NCBI GenBank assembly: GCA_048882505.1
Contig: JBHLRO010000006.1
Location: 1 to 32,000 of the forward strand
Reading direction: 5' to 3'
DNA: 32,000 nucleotides
Source of the DNA: Candidatus Thorarchaeota archaeon
GTDB lineage: Archaea > Asgardarchaeota > Heimdallarchaeia > Hodarchaeales > Hodarchaeaceae
Shown here: positions 9,008 to 17,723 of the stretch, one piece after another
Position numbering within the stretch: position 1 is the stretch's first letter
Layout: every line of letters begins with the position of its first letter
Program-made: the position numbers and the translations under genes
The notes under the pieces: model-generated
Seen by the model: only the letters and a program-made list of their open reading frames with translations
What the model was told of the DNA's origin: nothing
Database searches by the model: none

Positions 9008-9757
9008 ATGTCGGCAATTCTACAACAATCTAGCACATATGTGATATTTCAAGTTTCAGACGACTCATACGGGATAGGAGTTGACTATTTAAAGGAAGTG
9101 ATCCAAACGGATAAGATTTTGAAACTTCCTCGCACTTCGGAGGCCCTTACAGGTATTATCAACCTTCGTGGTTATATTTTAAGCGTATTTGATCTCTTTG
9201 GTCTGCTTTGGAAATCTGGCCGTACTAGTCCGAATAATGACTCGCAAGATAATGCTCACAAACAATACACCATTCTTGTGAGTTCTATCCAAGACAAAGA
9301 TCTAGGAATTTTGGTGGACCATGTTCATCAACTTACAGAGGTTAATGAATTTAGGGAGGTAAAACGATCTGACTTTCACGGAAGAGATCTAGTCAATCCC
9401 TCATTTATAACACAGGTGGGTATATTAGACAAGACAAAAAAGATCTTCATTATTGATATGGAGAACGTTCTCGGTAATTATTTCACGATTGTTAGATCTC
9501 CAGAAGGTACGGCGTCTACGAAAGAAGATTTCGATTTTGACCTTAATCAATTTACTTTGCCCGATGAGGAACCCGTAGCCGATCTATCCGATCAGATAAT
9601 TTCAGGGATCCTTGTTGAGAATGAAAAAGGGGAAAAAAACAGAGAAGGTCATTCTAATGCCAAAAAAACAACCCGAAATGAATCTAAAACTACAGATTCA
9701 GATAAAAAAATAGTTAAGGGTGAAGAAAAGAAAAAAAAGTCAAGAAAAAAGGAATAA
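9008..9757 (+). CDS. cheW: Chemotaxis coupling protein CheW with long charged C-terminal tail
   Basis: YVIFQV...YGIGVDYLKEVI...LPRTSEALTGIINLRGYILSVFDL...LGILVDHV. The last ~90 aa are low-complexity, acidic then Lys-rich. Confidence 0.92.
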   Translation: MSAILQQSSTYVIFQVSDDSYGIGVDYLKEVIQTDKILKLPRTSEALTGIINLRGYILSVFDLFGLLWKSGRTSPNNDSQDNAHKQYTILVSSIQDKDLGILVDHVHQLTEVNEFREVKRSDFHGRDLVNPSFITQVGILDKTKKIFIIDMENVLGNYFTIVRSPEGTASTKEDFDFDLNQFTLPDEEPVADLSDQIISGILVENEKGEKNREGHSNAKKTTRNESKTTDSDKKIVKGEEKKKKSRKKE

Positions 9758-9803
9758 CCACGAACTAGACAGATAGAGGATAAAACGCAATCAAATTGAT
9801 ATA

Positions 9804-12080
9804 ATGGTGATAACGATTACCTACTCTAACTCCACCCAGCGAGCAAGGCCCAGATCAGAACCAAAAGATGATTTATTACTTTTTACTTTACAAGGGGACA
9901 AATACGCGGTTATAACCTTTGATGTCATTCAAATCGTTAAGAATCTCTCTATTAGCCCCATTGTAGACTGTACTCCGTATATGATTGGTTCAACGGCCAT
10001 CCACGGTGAAATTCTACCGGTAATCGATCTTCAAACCTTTTTCTACGGTAAAGGTTCATCACTGACTGAAGCTACCGCTGATAAAGAGCAAATCTTTATT
10101 ACGATCGGCCATCATGGAGAACACGCTGTATTTAAAGTAGAAACAGTGCTGGGAACCATTAAGAGACCCAAAAACGCGCTTGCACCAAACCTTGCCAACT
10201 TTTTTGATCTGGGGGAGGTAAACTATTTTGACGGGGCGTTTATTAGAAATTCGGAATTAATTGTTCAACTAGGATACGACAAGATTTTAGAACAGATTAC
10301 TTCTGATTTGGATGAATTTTATAATCAATTTAAGGCTGAGAATAAAGTTCGTACCATTCCTGTGGAGTCATTGGCCTCCAGAGAGGAATATAACATAGAA
10401 CTCCAATCGAATCTCTCCGTACCAGCTACAACAGTTGAATGGAAGATAAATCGTTTGGTTCATTCCGCCCATAAGGATAGATTTTCTGGAATGGTAATAT
10501 CAGTTCAAAATTTAGCCGTAATGGTTCCAAGTGATTATATCATAGAAATTTACAAGGTTCCGAACCTTACAAAAATCCCAAATACCTCTAGATCAATCGT
10601 CGGAGCGATAAGTTACCGTGGTGAGATTTTAAACGTCATAGACTTGTCAGAGCTTCTAAACATCATTCGGGATAACCAGAAAGAGCTAGGAGATGAATTC
10701 CTTGAAAATCAAACGGCCCTAATTCTTGAATTTGAGGATCGGAGGATTGCAATTTTCGTGGACGAGATTCAGAAGATTATCGAAATCGATAAAACTGAAA
10801 TCAAAGGCACTATCATACCCCAGAGCTCCAGTGAAGGAAGTTATCCATTTGAGGGGGTATTCCTGGATAGCCTTGGGCAGATTTACCCCGTGTTGAATGT
10901 CGGCCATCTGTTTACTGGATACTTTAATCCAAAGGCCTTGGAACAGAAGGACAATGATATTATTTTTTTTGAAAATCTTGTGGCTGATTCTTCACAACTG
11001 ATCCAAGAATCCATGCACGAGGGGTTGGTTTTCGAAGACGCAGGCATTTTCTTTTTTATTGACTCACACTTTATCGTTCAAGCTATCCGGCAAGAGACTT
11101 TTCTACTTAAAACTCACACACATTTTGCTATACTAGGAGCGACAATTCATCGGAATATTGTACCTATCATCGATTTTTTTTACCTTCTAAGCGGCATCAG
11201 ATCAAAACGCGAAAAAAAGGAAGAGTCAGTTGGAATTATTGTGGGTGCTTCTGATAGCGGCTTTGAAGCGGCTTTTGTGGTTGATAATGTCATAGAAAGA
11301 TTAAATGTTCGTAAATTAGATGTATTTCAAGTAGAAAAGGATTTTACATCAAAAACAGTGTCTCCAATTATTTCAGGATTCTTTTCCTATCATGGAAATC
11401 TCGGATTGATAATAAATCCATCTGCCTTAATTGAAGAAACATCGATTCTTTTAACGAGTAATCTGGGGCTTGAGGACATCAAAAACGACTTTATTTCGAC
11501 CCTCCTACCTGAGGAAATAGAATATCTGGAGGCATTTCAAGCTCGCAGAAAGGAACTAGAATTACTGCTATTTTCAGATAAACGAAGTGTCAAACTAGAC
11601 TACTTTGTCTTTAAATGGGGAGAACAGGCCTTTGCCATTGACGTGAATCTGGTACGCGGAGTTTTTGGCTCACTTCATGCTCAGAGCGTCGGTTTAGAAT
11701 ACCATCCAATCATAGGCGTTATCACAACTGAGAATGGAACGCAGCCCATTCTTGATTTAGAGGCTCTTATTCTAAATATCGATACAAAAAATAGCCTAAA
11801 CCTTAATAACGACTTCTTCTCCTTATGCTGCGATGAAAGGTTGTTTATTATTCCTGTTGATAGTTTGGAGGGAGTAATAACCACATTTAAAGACGAGATA
11901 CAACCGTGTAGAGATCCTAGTATCTTTTTAGGGGGAGAGGAGTGTTGTAAATATCAGTTTTCTTATGAAAAGGGTCAATTTTCAACGAATATAATTGAAA
12001 ATGATTTCTTAGCAAAAATAATTGTTCAAAGGGGAATAGATATGCTCCTAGGCAAATTACCACTTGATAAATCGAAATAG
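9804..12080 (+). CDS. Multi-domain CheW protein (four tandem CheW-like domains)
   Basis: Four CheW signatures: IGSTAIHGEILPVIDL (approx. aa 22-160), VGAISYRGEILNVIDL (approx. 225-372), LGATIHRNIVPIIDF (approx. 405-548), IGVITTENGTQPILDL (approx. 598-742). Each is preceded by an 'lvF..g...ai....v..i' strand and followed by a 'VD/VE.v' strand. Confidence 0.85.
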   Translation: MVITITYSNSTQRARPRSEPKDDLLLFTLQGDKYAVITFDVIQIVKNLSISPIVDCTPYMIGSTAIHGEILPVIDLQTFFYGKGSSLTEATADKEQIFITIGHHGEHAVFKVETVLGTIKRPKNALAPNLANFFDLGEVNYFDGAFIRNSELIVQLGYDKILEQITSDLDEFYNQFKAENKVRTIPVESLASREEYNIELQSNLSVPATTVEWKINRLVHSAHKDRFSGMVISVQNLAVMVPSDYIIEIYKVPNLTKIPNTSRSIVGAISYRGEILNVIDLSELLNIIRDNQKELGDEFLENQTALILEFEDRRIAIFVDEIQKIIEIDKTEIKGTIIPQSSSEGSYPFEGVFLDSLGQIYPVLNVGHLFTGYFNPKALEQKDNDIIFFENLVADSSQLIQESMHEGLVFEDAGIFFFIDSHFIVQAIRQETFLLKTHTHFAILGATIHRNIVPIIDFFYLLSGIRSKREKKEESVGIIVGASDSGFEAAFVVDNVIERLNVRKLDVFQVEKDFTSKTVSPIISGFFSYHGNLGLIINPSALIEETSILLTSNLGLEDIKNDFISTLLPEEIEYLEAFQARRKELELLLFSDKRSVKLDYFVFKWGEQAFAIDVNLVRGVFGSLHAQSVGLEYHPIIGVITTENGTQPILDLEALILNIDTKNSLNLNNDFFSLCCDERLFIIPVDSLEGVITTFKDEIQPCRDPSIFLGGEECCKYQFSYEKGQFSTNIIENDFLAKIIVQRGIDMLLGKLPLDKSK

Positions 12081-12093
12081 AGGATTGATGCAT

Positions 12094-12453
12094 ATGGCTA
12101 CAGTGCTAATTGTTGATGATTCGAAGTATTTACGATTGATGATAAGCAAGATCCTGAAAAAACGCGGTCATACAATTGTAGCTGAAGCTTCCACTGGTGT
12201 GGAAGCAATAGGACAATTTAAACAATTTTTGCCAAACGTTGTGACCATGGATGTCGTTATGCCTAAGATGAACGGTTTGTTGGCTATTAAGGAAATTATA
12301 GCAATGAATCCGAATGCCAATGTCGTCGTTGTTACAGCTCTTGGTCACGAACCTCTTGTTCGTCAAGCGTTGAAACTTGGCGCAAGGGATTTCGTTATTA
12401 AACCATTTAAGGTTGAACAGCTTGTTCAGGCAGTTGAAAACGTTCTCAAATGA
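12094..12453 (+). CDS. cheY: Chemotaxis response regulator CheY
   Basis: Stand-alone receiver: VLIVDDS, TMDVVMPKMNG (phospho-Asp), VTALG, GARDFVIKPF. Located directly upstream of cheA. ATG at 12094 preferred. Confidence 0.95.
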   Translation: MATVLIVDDSKYLRLMISKILKKRGHTIVAEASTGVEAIGQFKQFLPNVVTMDVVMPKMNGLLAIKEIIAMNPNANVVVVTALGHEPLVRQALKLGARDFVIKPFKVEQLVQAVENVLK

Positions 12454-12513
12454 GCTTTTTGGAAATCTATGCGAAAATTGACATTAGCTGGTCTAAAAGA
12501 AGGTAGGAATATA

Positions 12514-14415
12514 ATGGACGAATCGGAATCCAAAGAGTTTCAGGAAGTTATGCTGTTAGAACTAACTGAACGAATTGAGGATTTGAATACGGGACTATTG
12601 GCGTTAGAAAAAGATCCTACGAAAAAGACCGCGTTTGACGCCGTTCTTCGAACGCTACATAGTTTAAAGGGCCTCTTCTCATTGTCGGGATATCCACAGC
12701 TTAGCTCAATAACTCATAGCTTGGAGAACCTAGTGCTTTCCACAGATATGACGGGGATGGAAAAGCTAGTTACTCTACTTTTTCAGTATAACGATCAACT
12801 AAGCGAACTAGCTAGTACAATCAGGGGCGGTAAAAACCCTGAGTCGATTCATTTTGATCAATTGACCCAGCAACTAGCGGCCTTTGACGAGTTCATGGTA
12901 AATTTGGGAAATAAACTTCGTATCAGTGTTCTGTTCAGTCCCGAATGTAAAGTCGTAGGCGCACGTAGCCTAGTTCTCCTCCAAAGGTTGAAGGAAAAGG
13001 CAGCCATTGAGCGAACCATGCCCCCCCAAGAAGAAATTCAAGCAGGAGTCTCGTTCAAGGAGTTAATTATAGAAATTTCGACTCAAGAGGACGATGAAAC
13101 AATTGCCCAAATAGTGGAAGAAAGCCAGGATGTCATGAGCGCCTCGGTCTCTCGACTCCTCGATTCGGTCAGTACTACGGAAAAATTAGGTGGGACTAAA
13201 GATTCTCGGGAATCATTGACCGTGAGAGTCAATTTGGAGAGTTTGGATCAAATTATCAGATTCTTGGGTGATTTAGTGATATCAGGCCAGTTCATTCGAG
13301 AAATCGGAAAGCAACAGGCTTATTCGCGGTCATTCAAGGAAAACCTCGCGATGTATGAGCGTACGATTGCGAACATCCAAGATTTAGTAATTAGAATGCG
13401 CTTAGTTCCTCTGGAAACCATTTTTACTCGTTTTCCCCGGATGATTCGAGATTTAAGCCACAAGGAAGGCAAAAAAATTAACTTTATCATGACAGGTAAG
13501 CATATTGGCGTTGATCGTTCTGTTATTGAGCAACTTGTGAACCCTATTACGCATTTACTCAGAAATGCGGTCAGTCACGGAATAGAAGCGCCAGAAAAGA
13601 GACTTAAAACGAACAAAGATTCCACTGGGACCGTTAAACTAGCGGTAACGCACGAACGTTCCGATATAGTGATTGAAATCTGGGATGACGGGAAGGGAAT
13701 TGATTATAAAAAGATCGAGAAGAAAGCCGAGGAATTGGGTCTTGTGAATCCAGGGGCACTTCTAACAAATCACGAAATCCAGCAATTACTTTTTACTGAA
13801 TATATTTCGACTGCAAGCGAAACTACCGAAGTGGCTGGAAGAGGAATCGGCTTGAATATTGTAAAGGACATTATTACGAGCAATGGGGGAGCGATTGAGC
13901 TTGACTCTAAACCAGGACAATATACCTCTGTACGTTTGATCATTCCGATTTCCGTAGCTATTACAAAGGTTTTATTGATAAGCGTTAAGAATCAGCATTT
14001 CGCGCTCCCCATGGTCAACGTGGAACAGATACTTTCTGTTCCCATCAATAAAATTCTTGTTGATGCTAAAACTACCTCCAGATCTATCGTTGTAGAAAAT
14101 ACCTCTGTTCCGCTGGTCGATTTACGTGAGCGTTTGAAGTTTAATACAACAGATACAACCAAAAGAAACGATATGCAAACTGGAGCGAAGGAGCGGAACC
14201 GACAGAATGAAATCGTGGTATTATGGCGCAAAGGATCTCGTAGTTTAGGATTCCTAGTCAATGATCTTCTGGGAGAAAGGGAAGTGGTTGTGAAACCAAT
14301 TCATAACTTTCTCAGCCAACTAGGGGCTTTCTCTGGTGCAACTGTGTTGGAAGGGGGCCAGGTTGTACTGATAATTGAACCCATGAATTTTCTAGAGGCA
14401 AAAGGTCATGCGTAA
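12514..14415 (+). CDS. cheA: Chemotaxis histidine kinase CheA (P1-P2-P3-P4-P5)
   Basis: Hpt LHSLKG; P2 domain of the Bacillus/Thermotoga/archaeal type (ISVLFSPECKVVGARS...); dimerisation domain TVRVNLESLDQII; RNAVSHGIE; WDDGKGID; GRGIGL; C-terminal CheW-like P5. ATG at 12514 preferred over 12469. Confidence 0.97.
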   Translation: MDESESKEFQEVMLLELTERIEDLNTGLLALEKDPTKKTAFDAVLRTLHSLKGLFSLSGYPQLSSITHSLENLVLSTDMTGMEKLVTLLFQYNDQLSELASTIRGGKNPESIHFDQLTQQLAAFDEFMVNLGNKLRISVLFSPECKVVGARSLVLLQRLKEKAAIERTMPPQEEIQAGVSFKELIIEISTQEDDETIAQIVEESQDVMSASVSRLLDSVSTTEKLGGTKDSRESLTVRVNLESLDQIIRFLGDLVISGQFIREIGKQQAYSRSFKENLAMYERTIANIQDLVIRMRLVPLETIFTRFPRMIRDLSHKEGKKINFIMTGKHIGVDRSVIEQLVNPITHLLRNAVSHGIEAPEKRLKTNKDSTGTVKLAVTHERSDIVIEIWDDGKGIDYKKIEKKAEELGLVNPGALLTNHEIQQLLFTEYISTASETTEVAGRGIGLNIVKDIITSNGGAIELDSKPGQYTSVRLIIPISVAITKVLLISVKNQHFALPMVNVEQILSVPINKILVDAKTTSRSIVVENTSVPLVDLRERLKFNTTDTTKRNDMQTGAKERNRQNEIVVLWRKGSRSLGFLVNDLLGEREVVVKPIHNFLSQLGAFSGATVLEGGQVVLIIEPMNFLEAKGHA

Positions 14416-15061
14416 CGACAAGAATCAGTTTGGAAATCTGACTGAACTACAGCTTGATGCACTCCAAGAAGTAGGTAACATTGGTGCCGGTCATGCAGCA
14501 ATCGGTTTAACGCAATTTCTGAACCGATCAACATATATGAGCATTCCAAATGTGGCCCTCGACAACCTTCAAGCTATTTCTAGATTAGTCAAGATGCCTG
14601 GGGATCAAGATGTCGCGATCATTTCTTTACATACAATTAGTGATCTCCTGTATACCCTATTGGTTTTTTTTAATGGAGAAAGCGTTCGAAAGATCATTAA
14701 ACTGATGACTGTAACAACCAGCGTTGACAGTGAAGACCTATACGACATTTCTCCACTCTTCCTGTCGTTAATCAAAGAAACTGGTTCAATTCTCCTGTTA
14801 AAATATGTAGAAGCTTTGAATTACTTTTTGAAAGCTAATTCTTTCCCATCACCGCCGCGACTTCGAATCGGTACCATTGCTTCCCTCACTCAGAATGAAC
14901 TGAAGGATGTAATTCAAAATCTATCAACGGTCCTAGTAATTGAATGTGACATTTTTACCTCAGCAAAAAGCATCGCAATCGATTTAGTGATCGTTCCCCG
15001 TCTTGAGACGTTTGACCAGTTTATGCAGAAGTTGTTTTCAAAGGATACCGAAGATTATTAG
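14408..15061 (+). CDS. cheC: CheY-P phosphatase CheC
   Basis: DALQEVGNIGAGHAA...SIP is a canonical D/S-X3-E-X2-N-X22-P site. The second site is SLIKETGS-X22-P. 8-nt overlap with cheA. Confidence 0.93.
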   Translation: MRNDKNQFGNLTELQLDALQEVGNIGAGHAAIGLTQFLNRSTYMSIPNVALDNLQAISRLVKMPGDQDVAIISLHTISDLLYTLLVFFNGESVRKIIKLMTVTTSVDSEDLYDISPLFLSLIKETGSILLLKYVEALNYFLKANSFPSPPRLRIGTIASLTQNELKDVIQNLSTVLVIECDIFTSAKSIAIDLVIVPRLETFDQFMQKLFSKDTEDY

Positions 15062-15096
15062 AGATTTCATTTTTTAGTCTCTGAGGAAACCAGGCG

Positions 15097-15648
15097 ATGC
15101 GAGACCGTTCTTTCCAAGATGCTTTTTTAAATGATCCCAATCTCAAGGTGAACTATATCGAGATAGGTGAAATCTGCCTTGGCTATAATAACGATCTGCT
15201 TATAATTTCGGCCCTTGGATCTTGTGTAGGACTTACGATTTATCCCAAAAATCAGGTAGAATTGGATCGATGTGCCATAATGGGACATATAATGTTGCCA
15301 TTCTCCTCAAAAAGAGATAGTCATAAGTTAAAAAAGGCCAGATTCTCTCCTGCAAAATATGCGGATCGTGCAGTTCCAACTATGGTTGAAAAATTGGAAA
15401 ACTTAGGATTTAATAGAAAACATCTGGAAGCTAAAATGGTAGGTGGGGCAAAAATGTTTGGTTTCTTGTCAGACTCCTTGGATGTCGGAAAGAATAATAT
15501 AGATGCAACTAAAGTTCAGCTTCGTTCCTTTGGCATTCCCCTGGTAGGACAATATACGGGGGGCGCAACTGGTATGAAGGTAGTTTTTCATGTAAGGGAT
15601 TATAAATTGATTGTTACTCCAACAAAAGGGTCTCCAATGTTTATATAA
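15097..15648 (+). CDS. cheD: Chemoreceptor glutamine deamidase CheD
   Basis: ALGSCVG (catalytic Cys), GHIMLP (His), KYAD, AKMVGGAKMF, VGKNN. Confidence 0.95.
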   Translation: MRDRSFQDAFLNDPNLKVNYIEIGEICLGYNNDLLIISALGSCVGLTIYPKNQVELDRCAIMGHIMLPFSSKRDSHKLKKARFSPAKYADRAVPTMVEKLENLGFNRKHLEAKMVGGAKMFGFLSDSLDVGKNNIDATKVQLRSFGIPLVGQYTGGATGMKVVFHVRDYKLIVTPTKGSPMFI

Positions 15649-15858
15649 CTGGATCCAATGATTTATTTACGTTTGGTGGCATAGGAAATTAAGAATAAGA
15701 AATTTGGGAATGAAACCAGTTCGGAGGTAAACTCTACAAAAATCATTGAATTCCTTCGACAAAACGGATTTGATTTTAATCCCAATGATAAGAAAAGAAT
15801 TCTCAACCGTTTAAGGTTTGCAGCGATCTCCCTAGGCCTCAAGGACTGGAATGATCTT

Positions 15859-16881
15859 TTGAGTCACCTTAAATCAGACCGGAAAACCTATGAGAATATA
15901 TTTATGTGGTTAGAGAAGGGACGAACCTATCACGAGGCAGATCAATCGTTTGCACCCCTGTTAAAACGTAGGAAATCCCTAAAGGAGTACGTAGAGTCTT
16001 CTCAAAGGAAGTCCAAGAAAAAACAAAAGAAAAAAACAAAGATACTTCCAAATATAGATGTTTCTTTTGTTGGTCTTCCTCCCCCTGATCCAAAGAATCT
16101 ATCTTTGATTGTGGATTTTCTTTTACTAAAAAAAGTCAATTACGGCGCTTATAAGCCGAATTACTTTCTTAGACGATTGCAGGCTCGTATGAAAAGGGTT
16201 AATGCTGACACATACCAGGAATACCATACGATGCTGCGTACGGATTCTAGGGAGCTTGAACTGCTTCTAGACAGTTTTTCGATCAATGTCACTCATTTTT
16301 TTCGCGATAAAGAGTTGTTTGCACAATTAGAACGCGAGATAATTCCCCGAATATTTAGCGATAAGCGGGGATCCATTAGAATTTGGAGTGCAGGCTGTGC
16401 CATCGGTCCTGAACCTTATAGCATTGCCATTCTTATAGATAGCATTGAGCAAAAGAAAAGAATAGGCAAAGTTTTTCTTCTCGCTACGGATGTTAACATA
16501 GATCTTCTCAATCAGGCCAAAGAAGGAGTATTTGATAAGGAACTTCTAAAAGAAACTGATCCATTAAAGATTGCAAAATATTTTACACCTGTTAGCGCCA
16601 ATTTATTTTGTCTGGATTCTCAAATTAGAAAAATGGTGACGTTTCAGCAGCATGATTTGCGCTCGCCCCCGCCAGCACGTAATCTCGACCTAATCCTATG
16701 CCGTAACGTAATAATTTATTTTTCACGGCCCCAGGGGGAAAAGCTTTTTCGCAGATTTTATTCTGCTCTAAAACCTAATGGATATCTCATTCTAGGAAAA
16801 TGTGAAATTCTCCCGCAATCGATACGAAACAAATTTGAGATCATCAACACTCAAAATCGCATTTATAGACGTGTGAATTGA
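15859..16881 (+). CDS. cheR: Chemotaxis protein methyltransferase CheR (reading frame open from 15685; true start probably upstream of 15859)
   Basis: FSINVTHFFRD, IWSAGCAIGPEPYSIA, ATDVN, QHDL, DLILCRNVIIYF, LKPNGYLILG. The frame has no stop back to 15685 and encodes an extra CheR-N-like domain there. Confidence 0.95.
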   Translation: MSHLKSDRKTYENIFMWLEKGRTYHEADQSFAPLLKRRKSLKEYVESSQRKSKKKQKKKTKILPNIDVSFVGLPPPDPKNLSLIVDFLLLKKVNYGAYKPNYFLRRLQARMKRVNADTYQEYHTMLRTDSRELELLLDSFSINVTHFFRDKELFAQLEREIIPRIFSDKRGSIRIWSAGCAIGPEPYSIAILIDSIEQKKRIGKVFLLATDVNIDLLNQAKEGVFDKELLKETDPLKIAKYFTPVSANLFCLDSQIRKMVTFQQHDLRSPPPARNLDLILCRNVIIYFSRPQGEKLFRRFYSALKPNGYLILGKCEILPQSIRNKFEIINTQNRIYRRVN

Positions 16882-17194
16882 GGAAATCTAGGAAAAGTCA
16901 AATTAATGGCTTAGGTCCGATTCAGTCGTCATAGCAATCCTATATATAAATTCAAAATTTAATGGAATCTTTCTGCAATAACCATAACTTAGATAACATA
17001 ACAAGGTTTAAAGATAATTTTCACGCTAATCCTCTCCATAATCTTGATGAATGGTGGGTGGAGTCTAGTGAGGATCAGTAGTTTATGCTTGGGGGAAATG
17101 CAATAATAAAGAAAAATACGGTTACCTGAACAGAGAGGACATCTAATTGAATGTCTGCTGTCTCCCTCGATCCGTGTGTACGAAAATTGAAGCG

Positions 17195-17584
17195 TTAACT
17201 TTCCACAAAATAAAAGAAACTTCTCCAAGTATATTCAGTTTGAATTTCATCCATCAATCTTTCAAAAGGGCGAAGAAGACATAATTCGACATTTTCAAGC
17301 TTTTTAGGATTATAAGTTATGTAGGTTGAATCACCCATCAAATGGTGGATGCCCTGCGCAATATATAGCACCCCTTCACGGATTAATTGAAAAACTTCGT
17401 AGATACATTCTTGCATCTGTTGTGGCGTTCTAACACCGAGAACGTTTATTATAAACCTCAAATTTTGAGTGTTTGTGTCTTTGAAAGATAAAAATAGGAG
17501 AGTACGGTATATCAGTCGAATAGGAATATTTAATGCCTCTCTTCTTTTCGCTAAGCTATCATTTTCTCTTTCTGCGGTGTCCAT
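17195..17584 (-). CDS. Hypothetical protein (129 aa)
   Basis: Longest ORF in the gap between cheR and the MEDS regulator, same strand as the MEDS gene. No recognised motif. Confidence 0.45.
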   Translation of the reverse strand: MDTAERENDSLAKRREALNIPIRLIYRTLLFLSFKDTNTQNLRFIINVLGVRTPQQMQECIYEVFQLIREGVLYIAQGIHHLMGDSTYITYNPKKLENVELCLLRPFERLMDEIQTEYTWRSFFYFVES

Positions 17585-17723
17585 TCCATCTTTTCCTTAT
17601 GATCGCTTCTTTCTATTCTGCTATCAAGCAATGGATCAGGCCTCACGAATCGTCTCCGATTAAGATTACGATGCAATGATTGAAAACCATATGGAAAGAA
17701 AAAAGGAAAACCCCCAAAATGTA

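Noticed and set aside
4884-16093. Many 60-130-aa antisense or alternate-frame ORFs inside che genes
   Set aside because: Shadow ORFs of well-supported genes with no independent coding signal.
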